DNA of 64,000 bases, from positions 16,939-80,938 of the forward strand of contig JAJRUT010000063.1 in assembly GCA_024277655.1 (NCBI GenBank), given 5' to 3'. This document shows positions 45,658 to 54,518 of this stretch, piece by piece. The notes under the pieces were generated by a model. It was not told the origin of the DNA. It saw nothing but the letters and a program-made list of their open reading frames with translations, and made no database searches. Both the position numbers and the translations under genes were made by a program. Every line of letters starts with the position of its first letter. Within the stretch, counting starts at the first letter, position 1. The stretch is from Deltaproteobacteria bacterium (GTDB lineage Bacteria > Desulfobacterota > Desulfobulbia > Desulfobulbales > SURF-16).

Positions 45658-46745
45658 TTGCCACCCCCTGGAGGTGGAGCAAGTGGGGCAAAACGCTTGG
45701 GTTTAAACATGGTATCAAGCACACTGCTAACAGGGTTCATAAGAAGAATGGCGTAACAGATCCCCTCCGGATAACCACCCTTTAGGCGGATCAGTACCGT
45801 CAAGGCGCCAATGCCTACGCCATACACGAGTTGCGCGGTTTTATTGGTCGGGCAGGTGACGTAGTCATTAGCCATAAAGAAGGCTCCAAGCATGGCGCCA
45901 CCCGTTAAAATGGCAAGGAGCGGGTCGCCGCTACAATACACGTCCCCGCCAAATATCCAAGTAAAGGCGGCAATGGAGCCTAAGGTTGAGGCCGGTATAT
46001 GCCAGGTGATATAGCCCTTATACATGAGGTAGAGGCCACCGAGTAAAATAAGCAGGGCCGAGGTCTCACCGATTGAGCCTGGTTGGATACCCACAAAGAA
46101 ATTGGTGTAGATATTACTTGCTGTACCAAACTGGGCTTGAAAGGCCTCAATTCCCTGCTCCTTCATGACGGCAAGGGGTGTTGCCGAGGAGACGCTATCC
46201 ACTGTGGTGCCGAGAAAGGTGAAGAGGCTGTTGTTTGGGGCAATCCAGGCTGATGTCATGGCCACAGGAAAGGTTGCCAGCAGAAAAGCGCGGGCTAGGA
46301 GTGCCGGGTTAAAGATGTTGTAGCCAATACCACCCAGGAGATGCTTGCCGATGTAAATTGCCATCACTGCCCCAAGGACAGGGAGTAGAAACGACACATC
46401 CGGCGGGATCATAAAGGCAATGAGCATACCGGTGATTACGGCACTGCCGTCGCTTACCGTGATCTTGCGGCCCAAGGATTTCTGGCTGATGGCTTCCATG
46501 GCCACGCAACTTGCCACAGACACCGCTGTGATCAACAGGGTCTGTACTCCAAAAATAAAGACAGACAGCACAAGGGGTGGAACCAGACAGGCCACCACCG
46601 ACCACATGATTTTTTCGACTGACTCAGGGGATTTGACGTGGGGAGATATGGAAACCTTCCATAACCTCCGATGGGTGCCCTGGTTATCTGATGCTTGCTG
46701 ATTAATGACTTCTCTCCTTTCTGCATTAAGTTTCACGATCGTCAC
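45654..46745 (-). CDS. rnfD: Rnf complex subunit D
   Basis: SISPHVKSPESVEKIMWSVVACL (the SPH motif of RnfD/NqrB), a polytopic membrane profile, and a SGAT-like TGGAMLGAFFMAND segment. The exact start is uncertain because there is no good ATG near the SPH motif. Confidence 0.82.
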   Translation of the reverse strand: MTIVKLNAERREVINQQASDNQGTHRRLWKVSISPHVKSPESVEKIMWSVVACLVPPLVLSVFIFGVQTLLITAVSVASCVAMEAISQKSLGRKITVSDGSAVITGMLIAFMIPPDVSFLLPVLGAVMAIYIGKHLLGGIGYNIFNPALLARAFLLATFPVAMTSAWIAPNNSLFTFLGTTVDSVSSATPLAVMKEQGIEAFQAQFGTASNIYTNFFVGIQPGSIGETSALLILLGGLYLMYKGYITWHIPASTLGSIAAFTWIFGGDVYCSGDPLLAILTGGAMLGAFFMANDYVTCPTNKTAQLVYGVGIGALTVLIRLKGGYPEGICYAILLMNPVSSVLDTMFKPKRFAPLAPPPGGGK

Positions 46746-46837
46746 TTGCGTGACTTGAAACCCAACCTACTTATAACGAACGAAGCTAGAAAACTAATCT
46801 AGCCTGCGTATTTTTTGTAAAGCTACAACCCAATAAA

Positions 46838-48157
46838 CTATCTTTTGGCCTTCATCTTTGCCAAGCGAATAAACTGAACCAGTGGTCGTTTTGCCGGACA
46901 AACGTAGGCGCAACAGCCACATTCAAAACATTCAAAGACTCCGAACTGGTTGGTGTCCTCTCCCTTGCCAGCCTCGACATGGATGGCAATTTCTTTGGGT
47001 TCGAGTCCCATGGGGCACGCCTCAAGGCACCAGCCACAGCGGATGCAATTGGAGTGCGGGGTGGTGTCAATCTCCTCTTCGGCCAGAAAGAGGATGGAAC
47101 CGGTGGTTTTGGTGATGGGGATGTCTAGACTCGAGACATTAAAGCCCATCATGGGGCCGCCCATGATGATTTTGGATAACCTGTCGTTGGTGCCGCCACA
47201 ATATTCGACGATGTCGCTAAGCTTAGTGCCGACCTTGATCTTGAAGTTACCAACCTTGTTGATGCCAAGGCCGGAAACGGTGACGATCTTCTCGTAGAGT
47301 GGTTTGCCAAGGACAACCGCCTCGTAGATGGCGCGTGTTGTGCCAACGTTATGGACCACAACGCCGACGGATGAGGGCAGGGCAAAGCCTTTGACCTTAC
47401 GGCCGGTAAGGGACTGGATGAGTTGTTTTTCCGATCCTTGGGGGTATTTTACCTCAAGAGGGGAGACTTGGACATTGAACTCCGATGTTGACCCCTCTGC
47501 GGCCGCCTCACCCATGACCTTGATGGCCTCAGGCTTATTGGCTTCAATGCCGATTATGCAATTCTTGACGCCGAGAATCTTAAGGATAATCTTGGCCCCC
47601 TCGACAATCTCTGTGCTCATTTCAAGCATCTGGCGATAGTCGGAGGTGATATACGGTTCGCATTCTGCCCCGTTTAAAATCAGGGTGTCGATGGGGTCAG
47701 AGGGCGGGGGGGAGAGTTTGACGTGGGATGGGAACCCTGCGCCACCGATACCAACCATGCCGGCATCACGCACCAGACCAACAAGCTCTTTTGCATCCCG
47801 TTGCGACCAGTCACTAACATTATGCTCGTTGGCACTGGCCTCGTGATCCACCTTGATGGTGATGGAGGGTGCCTTGACCTGCATGGGGTGATCGGACATT
47901 CCCATAAGCTTGATGGTGCCAGCGGCAGGGGCGTGGAGCGGCACTCCAAGCCCTTTTTTTACCTCGCCAATCATTTGCCCTTCGCTCACGGTGTCACGCC
48001 GTTCCACGGTTGGAGTGCAGGGGGCACCAATATGCTGACCCAGGATGATTTCAAGCTCATCAGGGGTGGGGATGGTCTCAATGGGACAATCCGCAGTGAG
48101 CTTTTTTGCGTCCGGTGGGTGAACACCACCCTTGGGGAAGGTGAATAAGGTTGTCAT
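46838..48157 (-). CDS. rnfC: Rnf complex subunit C
   Basis: MTTLFTFPKGGVHPP N-terminus, GIGGAGFPSHVKL nucleotide-binding motif, and two C-terminal 4Fe-4S motifs (CIRCGWCLEACP, CFECGCCAYVCP). Confidence 0.92.
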   Translation of the reverse strand: MTTLFTFPKGGVHPPDAKKLTADCPIETIPTPDELEIILGQHIGAPCTPTVERRDTVSEGQMIGEVKKGLGVPLHAPAAGTIKLMGMSDHPMQVKAPSITIKVDHEASANEHNVSDWSQRDAKELVGLVRDAGMVGIGGAGFPSHVKLSPPPSDPIDTLILNGAECEPYITSDYRQMLEMSTEIVEGAKIILKILGVKNCIIGIEANKPEAIKVMGEAAAEGSTSEFNVQVSPLEVKYPQGSEKQLIQSLTGRKVKGFALPSSVGVVVHNVGTTRAIYEAVVLGKPLYEKIVTVSGLGINKVGNFKIKVGTKLSDIVEYCGGTNDRLSKIIMGGPMMGFNVSSLDIPITKTTGSILFLAEEEIDTTPHSNCIRCGWCLEACPMGLEPKEIAIHVEAGKGEDTNQFGVFECFECGCCAYVCPAKRPLVQFIRLAKMKAKR

Positions 48158-48281
48158 ATCACTTCATTTGAAAATATGGATAAAAGACGTTTTTTTAGCG
48201 TCATTTTAAAATGCAATAGGGGCAGAAACATTCTGCTACTTAGGCAAAATTGACTAATGTGTTTCTGGATTTTTGTCAAGA

Positions 48282-48295
48282 GTGAGAAGTGAGAA
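48282..48295. repeat. GTGAGAA heptamer, 2 tandem copies
   Basis: gtgagaagtgagaa read directly in the rnfC/flagellin intergenic region. Same unit as 24436-24463. Confidence 0.8.
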
Positions 48296-48809
48296 GATGC
48301 TATTTAGTGGATTGAGAGTGCCGGAGTGAGAGGTGAGTATTCATGAGACTGGAGTCTGTGATTTGGGTGGGCAGGAACTTTGCGGTGGTAAATCTGGTGC
48401 TGCTTCAGGTCAAAATGGTTTTTAGACCAGTTTTTTTGGTTTATGAAAAGTCTTTTATTTCAGTGTGTTGCGCTTCATTCTTGGCGGTTGCTCCGGCGTT
48501 TCCCGCTGGCAACCAGGGAATTATTATCATCTTATCTTGGTTTTATGGAGTAAAATCCACAGGTTGCCCCTCTGGATAAAAACGAGGAATCACATATCGG
48601 CAACTTCCCTGTAAAACTTTAACAAAATTTGCTTTTTTTTAAAGAAGCTCTATAGTTTTTTGATCGGCAGTGTTGATGTCGTGGCAATTTGTTTCTTTTC
48701 TGCTGAAGGGATTTCGGTGGGAGGATGAGTTGTATCAGTCCAAAAAAAAGGCTGTCAGGGAGGAGTGTGACGCCGTCTTGACGCCAAAACCACGGAAGGG
48801 GTGACGATC

Positions 48810-51209
48810 ATGGCAATTTCAGGTGTAGGGAGCTCGGCAAGTCTTATAGCGTTGTATAATTTTAATCAGTCCACTGCCGGTTTAAACAGGTCGGTGGAGC
48901 GCCTGTCATCTGGTCTGCGGATTAACCGGGCGGCGGATGATGCGGCCGGAATGATCATCGCCGATGGCCTGTCCAGTCAGGCCAAGTCCATGGGCCAGGC
49001 GATTCGTAATGCCACCGATGGTATCTCCATCATGCAGGTGGCGGATTCGGCACTTAGCGAGTCGGTCAGTATTATGAACTCGGTGAAGACCAAGGCCGTG
49101 CAGGCGGCTCAGGACAGCCAGACCACGGCGTCGCGTAAGGTGCTACAGAATGATATCAATAAGCTCCTTGAGGAGTTTGATCTTATTGCCCGGAGTTCAA
49201 AGTTCAATGAAAAGCCGCTTTTAACCGGTGTTTTTTCCGGCAAGGAGTTTCAGGTTGGGGCCACCAGTCGCGAGACGATCGCCGCCTCTCTCTTCTAGGC
49301 TGAATCCACCAAGGTTGGTCATTTAAATACGGCTAAACTTTCCATAACTAATAGTACGGGTGGCTCGGTGGCCTTAAGCTTTACCAGTAGTGGTGGTGAG
49401 ACTCTGGTCTTGCAGTCGGTGCCAGTGGAGTACGCCAATGATATCGAGAAATCCATGCAGGCGGTGGCAGATAACATCAATAATTATAAGGATCAGACCG
49501 GGATCTCGGCTCGGGCTGTTGTCGAGTCCACCGGTACCGATGCCGTGCAGGCTGGGACTACGGATACCACCTTTGCCATCAATGGTATTACCATCGGCAC
49601 GGTGACGAGTTCAGCTAATGATAGTGACGGCGCCTTGACCAGTGCTATCAATCAGGTGACCTCGTCAACCGGGGTTACTGCTGCGATTACAAGTTCTGGG
49701 CAGTTGCAACTCACAAGCGACGGACGACCCATTCAGGTCTCCGGTGTCGGCACGGCTCTTACGGCAAGTGATGCCAGCGCCGCCTCAACCTTTGGTCATA
49801 TTCAGCTCTATCAGCGGGGGGCGTATTCTATTGATATGACTGATCTCTCCAGTGGCCTTGCCGTGAGTTTTAGTGCAAATCTGGACTTTACGGGTACCAT
49901 GACCACCACGATTGATTCCACCCTCGCCACCTCATCGGTGTTGGGGGCGGGTTCGACCCTCTCGGCAGGTTTTACCACAGGTGCTATCCTCACCGACACC
50001 AGTCTGGCTGGTGATATTACCACGACCAGTGATTCCACCTTAAAGTCCACCACAACTCTGGCAACGACCTCGGTGATTGCCAGGGACTCGGTCTTTGGTG
50101 GCAGTGGGGTGAGCAGTAACCAGGTGACCTCGGTTGGCGACACCCTCCTTGCGGCTGGCTCCACCCTTATTTCCGGCTCCACCCTTGCCGCTGGAACCTA
50201 TCTTACCAACGACATCAGTACGGCCTCCGGAACTATATCGGCTGGAACGACATTGTCGGCGGCAACTACCACTGATGCCGATACTACAATCACCAATGCC
50301 ATGCTGGCCCTGACCGGATCTGTACTTGGTACGGGTTCTACCTTTGCCAGTGATTCCACCGTGGGGGGTAATGTTACCCTGGCCTCCACCATGACCCTGT
50401 CTCAGGATATGAGTTTAAAATCTGGTTCCACCATTGTTGATGCGGCAGGTCTGAGTCTGGCTGCCGGTTCTGTCATTGGCGGAGCCGCTACCGTTGCTGG
50501 GGGTGATGTAACCATGACCTCCTCCATGACGGTAAAGTCCGGTTCTGTGTTATCGGCAACCTCATCGCTTGCCACTGGTTCCACCATCGGTGGCTCGGCA
50601 ACCTTGAATGGAGCCCACACCACCACGGCGGATCTCTCGTTATCCGCTGGTACTGTAATTGCTGATGCTAGTGTGCTCAAGCAGGGCACTGAACTCACCA
50701 ATGATATCGTCACCACCCTTGGCACCATTAGCGCTGGGACTACCCTTGAGCAGGACTATACTACCCAGGGTTCCAATACCTTGCTTTTCGCCCAGACTGT
50801 ACAATCCGGCTCGGTTCTTGCCGATGCTAGTGTTCTTGCTGCCAATGCCGGGGGCGCAGCATCAACGGCACTCACTGAAGAATCCATGAATCGCCTGGTA
50901 GACCTGTCAGTTCTCACCCAGGAGTCAGCCCAGATGGCCATGGAAATTGCCGATGCGGCCCTGGCCGATCTGTCCAGTATCAGGAGTTCGGTGGGCTCAA
51001 CCCAAAATCAGTTCACCTCAGCCATTGCCTATCTCACCACCTCTAAGATGAATCTGGAATCAGCCACCTCCGCCATAATGGATGTGGATCTCGCTGAGGA
51101 GTCCATGGTCTTTGCCCGGATGCAGGTGCTTAACCAGTCCGGAGCCTTTGCCTTGACCCAGGCCAATGCCATTTCCGGCAATGTTCTCAGCTTGTTTCAG
51201 GGAGCATAG
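48810..51209 (+). pseudogene. fliC: giant flagellin interrupted by a single in-frame TAG (or a split flagellin)
   Basis: ORFs 48801-49298 and 49368-51209 share one frame. The only stop between them is TAG at 49296-49298 (..ETIAASLF*AESTKVGHL..). The first ORF holds the N-terminal flagellin domain (LSSGLRINRAADDAAG). The second ends in the C-terminal flagellin domain (IRSSVGSTQNQFTSAI ... NVLSLFQGA). The likely start is the ATG at 48810 (MAISGV). Confidence 0.75.
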
Positions 51210-51280
51210 GTGTTTGGATAGGAGGTAGAGGAGGTAAAGAATTAAAGAAGACTATTGACATGGCACATGGGTGCAGTAGC

Positions 51281-51397
51281 CTTCTCTATCTTCTCTATCT
51301 TCTCTATCTTCTCTATCTTCTCTATCTTCTCTATCTTCTCTATCTTCTCTATCTTCTCTATCTTCTCTATCTTCTCTATCTTCTCTATCTTCTCTAT
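51281..51397. repeat. perfect tandem repeat, 9-bp unit CTTCTCTAT x13
   Basis: Counted directly: 13 identical units from 51281 to 51397. Intergenic, between the flagellin stop and the glutamate synthase operon. Confidence 0.95.
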
Positions 51398-51448
51398 CTA
51401 TAACCCCTCGTATTCTTTACCTTCCTAATTTAATGTCTTTACGTCCTC

Positions 51449-51477
51449 TTGACAATTTTCCGATTGTGCAGTATTGC
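51449..51477 (+). promoter_or_regulatory. candidate sigma-70 promoter for the glutamate synthase operon
   Basis: TTGACA-N17-TATTGC, about 105 nt upstream of the ATG at 51582. Pattern match only. Confidence 0.35.
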
Positions 51478-51581
51478 AACGAGTCGTCAAATTCCCCTTC
51501 TAGGGTTATTTTTGACCCTTATATAATGATGTATTTGTTTTTTTGGCCACGGGCCATAAATTTTAATAGAAGGAGTTCTCC

Positions 51582-52724
51582 ATGTGTCGGTTAGCTATGA
51601 AAACCGCAAGTGAAGCCTTTTCCCCTTTCTCGGTGATTTCCGCCATGGAAGCCATGCAGGAGGGGTATGATGGTAGTGGTCTTGGGCTACTGCTACGGGG
51701 GCTTGAGTTCGCGGACTATAAGTATAATGGTAAAGATCCGGTTTTATCTGGAATTGCCCATTCCAAAGAGGCTCTTCATCGTCTTGATGAGATCATGGAA
51801 GGTAAGGGGTTTCAGTTAAAATATGATCATGAGTTTGAGACTGATCGTGCTATGGTTGAGGCCACGGACCGGTTTAAATATATCCTCCGGGTCTACAAAC
51901 AGCCGACAAGTTGGGATTCTTTCAGTGAAAAAAAGGTTGAAGAGGAATTGATGACAACTCGCATCGGCATTCGTCTTGATGGTGAAGCCCATGGTGCGGA
52001 TCTCACGGTATTTTCCCTCTGGCCTGATGTTGGGATGATTAAAGAGGTGGGTTGGCCCCTTGAGATCGGTTACGCTTTCAAGCTCAATGAAGATCGGGTC
52101 AAGTCGCGGATCTGTTTTGCGCAAGGGAGACAAAACACCAACTATGGTATTAATCTCTATGCCTGTCACCCCTTCTTTTTGCAAGGGGTGTGTACCATGA
52201 CCAATGGTGAGAACACCGCCTTCATCCCAATCAAGGATTGGCTGATGGGCAAAGGGTTCCCAGGCTATATGGGCTATCAATCAGACTCAGAGGTGTTTGC
52301 CCATATCCTCCATTATGTGACTAAACAGCTTGGCTTGCCGCTCCAGGCCTATAAGCATGTGATGACGCCACTTAGCAATAAGGAGCTTGCCGACCACCCC
52401 CAGGGTGATTTTCTTCTTGGTCTGCGGCAGGTGTGTCGTCGTCTTATTATTGACGGCCCCAATGCCGTTATCGGTTCCCTGCCAGGTGAAACCTGCATGA
52501 TTGCCATGGATGCCAAGAAACTGCGTCCCATGATGATCGGTGGCAACCCCGGTGAATGGGCCGCGGCCTCAGAAATGTGTGGTGTAGACGCCATGATCCC
52601 GGTACGTGACCGGGCAAACGACTTTCAACCAATGCGTCAACACACTGTTATTATTCCTCCAGATAGACAGGAGCTCGAGATATGGTCTCAATTCGATCAA
52701 TTCCCTCAGAACCAGGCAGCCTAA
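51582..52724 (+). CDS. glutamate synthase glutamine amidotransferase subunit (class II, Ntn type; archaeal-type split GltB domain 1)
   Basis: Begins MC- (catalytic Cys2). Class-II GATase-like sequence. AGGAG SD. First gene of a three-gene glt cluster. Confidence 0.7.
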   Translation: MCRLAMKTASEAFSPFSVISAMEAMQEGYDGSGLGLLLRGLEFADYKYNGKDPVLSGIAHSKEALHRLDEIMEGKGFQLKYDHEFETDRAMVEATDRFKYILRVYKQPTSWDSFSEKKVEEELMTTRIGIRLDGEAHGADLTVFSLWPDVGMIKEVGWPLEIGYAFKLNEDRVKSRICFAQGRQNTNYGINLYACHPFFLQGVCTMTNGENTAFIPIKDWLMGKGFPGYMGYQSDSEVFAHILHYVTKQLGLPLQAYKHVMTPLSNKELADHPQGDFLLGLRQVCRRLIIDGPNAVIGSLPGETCMIAMDAKKLRPMMIGGNPGEWAAASEMCGVDAMIPVRDRANDFQPMRQHTVIIPPDRQELEIWSQFDQFPQNQAA

Positions 52725-54319
52725 GTCCAAACGACTTGCCCTGGCGAATCGTACATGACGAAAACCGCTGTACCCTGTGTGGTAAGTGTGCGGCTGTCTG
52801 TCCGGTTAATACCTTAAAACTTACCTATATGCGTAAGCGTATGCCACGGTTGGTGCTTAACTCATCAGAGCGTGGCAGTAACTTTAAAACATTTGTTGGC
52901 ATTCGTCAGAATACCGATGTCGGACGCCGTTGTATTGGTTGCGGAACCTGCTCCATGGTTTGCCCCAATGAGGCGATTAGCCCGGTACATAACTCCGAAG
53001 ATCGCTACAAGTTCCAGGCCACGGCTGGTGGTGATGCCGTCAAGCGTGGTGGCAGGCGTAACGATACCAGTTCCAGTCTGCTTGACCGGATCATCTTTAA
53101 TCGTATTTCCATGCTCACCGACCCCGCCCTTGATGCTGGTCGCCATGAGTTTACCTATAATACGATTTTAGGTCGTCTTCTGCCCCCCGAAGAATATGTA
53201 AAGCGGAAGCTTGCCGGAGAGTGGATTCCACCAACCCGGGAGATCTTCCCCTTTATTATTGGTTCCATGTCTTTTGGCGCCCTGTCACCGAATATGTGGC
53301 TTGGTCTGCTTCAGGGCGTGGCCTATTGTAATGAAGTTCTTGGGATTCCTGTTGTTATGGCGACCGGCGAGGGTGGTTGTCCGCCATGGGTGTTAAGGTC
53401 GCCTTTCCTTAAATACATCATCCTGCAGGTAGCCTCCGGTTATTTTGGCTGGGATGAAATCATTCGTGCCATCCCTGAGATGCAATGTGAGCCTGCCGCC
53501 ATTGAAATTAAGTATGGACAGGGCGCAAAGCCCGGTGATGGTGGACTGCTTATGTGGTTTAAGGTGTCAAAGCTTATTGCCCGTCTGCGTGGTGTGCCCC
53601 AGGGTGTTGATTTGCCTTCACCTCCTGTCCACCAGACCCTGTACTCCATTGAAGAGTCGGTGATGAAGATGATCCAGTCCATGTCCATGGCCTGGGACTT
53701 CAAGGTGCCGGTCTATCCCAAGATTTCCGGTTCAACTTCGGCAAAATCGGTGCTTAATAATTTGGTTCGTAACCCCTATGCCTCAGCTCTTATGATTGAC
53801 GGCATTGATGGCGGAACCGGTGCGGCCTACGATGTTTCCCTAAATGCCACGGGTCATCCCATCGCTACAAATGTTCGGGATTGTTATCTTGACCTTTGCA
53901 AGCAAGGCAAGCAAAACGAGATTCCGATCTTTGCCGCCGGTGGTGTGGGCAAGAACGGTAACGTGGTGCAAAATGCCTTGGCTCTTATCATGCTCGGCGC
54001 CTCCGGTGTCCACATGGGTAAATTCATTATGCAATCAGCCGCCGGTTGTCTTGGCTCTGAACGCAACCGTTGTAACGTTTGTAATATCGGCATTTGCCCC
54101 AAGGGAATCACCAGTCAGAATCCAAAACTCTATCGCCGTCTCGACCCCGATAAAGTCGCCGAACGGGTTGTTGAGACCTTCCAGGCCATCCAGATAGAAG
54201 TGAAGAAGGTCATGGCGCCGCTTGGTCGTTCTCAGAGTCTGCCTATTGGTATGAGTGATGCCTTGGGGATTGCTGATAAGGATGCCGCGGATCGACTTAG
54301 TATTCAGTATGTATGTTAA
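52682..54319 (+). CDS. glutamate synthase FMN/Fe-S central-domain subunit with N-terminal 2x[4Fe-4S] ferredoxin domain
   Basis: CTLCGKCAAVCP and CIGCGTCSMVCP, then GltB FMN-domain segments (IGSMSFGALS, EIKYGQGAKPGDGG, IDGIDGGTGAA, IFAAGGV). The start is uncertain; the ATG at 52682 would overlap the upstream gene by 43 nt. Confidence 0.8.
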   Translation: MVSIRSIPSEPGSLSPNDLPWRIVHDENRCTLCGKCAAVCPVNTLKLTYMRKRMPRLVLNSSERGSNFKTFVGIRQNTDVGRRCIGCGTCSMVCPNEAISPVHNSEDRYKFQATAGGDAVKRGGRRNDTSSSLLDRIIFNRISMLTDPALDAGRHEFTYNTILGRLLPPEEYVKRKLAGEWIPPTREIFPFIIGSMSFGALSPNMWLGLLQGVAYCNEVLGIPVVMATGEGGCPPWVLRSPFLKYIILQVASGYFGWDEIIRAIPEMQCEPAAIEIKYGQGAKPGDGGLLMWFKVSKLIARLRGVPQGVDLPSPPVHQTLYSIEESVMKMIQSMSMAWDFKVPVYPKISGSTSAKSVLNNLVRNPYASALMIDGIDGGTGAAYDVSLNATGHPIATNVRDCYLDLCKQGKQNEIPIFAAGGVGKNGNVVQNALALIMLGASGVHMGKFIMQSAAGCLGSERNRCNVCNIGICPKGITSQNPKLYRRLDPDKVAERVVETFQAIQIEVKKVMAPLGRSQSLPIGMSDALGIADKDAADRLSIQYVC

Positions 54320-54340
54320 TTCGAATTTTGTTGAACGCCG

Positions 54341-54448
54341 AACATCGAACATTCAACATCGAATTTTGAATTACAAAAAATTGAGTTGCGCAGGTCATTA
54401 TGAAAGAAAAGTAACATGTTGGATATTCGACGTTGAATGTTCGATGTT
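54341..54448. repeat. AACATCGAA-type inverted-repeat element, copy 1
   Basis: 24-nt arms aacatcgaacattcaacatcgaat (54341-54364) and attcgacgttgaatgttcgatgtt (54425-54448) are complementary at 23 of 24 positions, with a 60-nt spacer. Related to 61684-61814. Confidence 0.85.
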
Positions 54449-54518
54449 TATTCACGCTTACCTGTACGTTTAACCTGTTCACTTCTGACTCAAAGAATAG
54501 TGAAGTAAGGAAAATATT

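Noticed and set aside
44782-45756. 324-aa plus-strand ORF antisense to rnfG and rnfD.
   Set aside because: - The translation is low-complexity and Gly-rich with no motif.
- The opposite strand encodes RnfG with an FMN-binding motif and fits the rnfCDGEAB operon with overlapping stop/start codons.
48560-48800. Sigma-28 or sigma-54 promoter and CsrA-type GGA sites in the flagellin leader.
   Set aside because: No convincing TAAA-N15-GCCGATAA or GG-N10-GC match is present. GGA motifs do occur (gggaggatg, cagggaggag, acggaagggg), but they are too common to support a call without data.
13765-49298. Two conserved genes (NodT OMF, flagellin) each have one in-frame stop (TAA at 13765, TAG at 49296). 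I considered stop-codon reassignment, pyrrolysine or an alternative genetic code.
   Set aside because: - All other roughly 55 genes in the window end conventionally.
- TAG and TAA are used as ordinary terminators. Examples are TAG at 8411-8413, 19058-19060 and 51207-51209.
- The two interrupting codons differ from each other.
- No pyl genes are visible.
- Isolated nonsense mutations or sequence errors are the simpler explanation.
51281-51397. Possible CRISPR array.
   Set aside because: The units are 9 bp and directly abutting, with no spacers. No cas genes are present. It is a simple tandem repeat.
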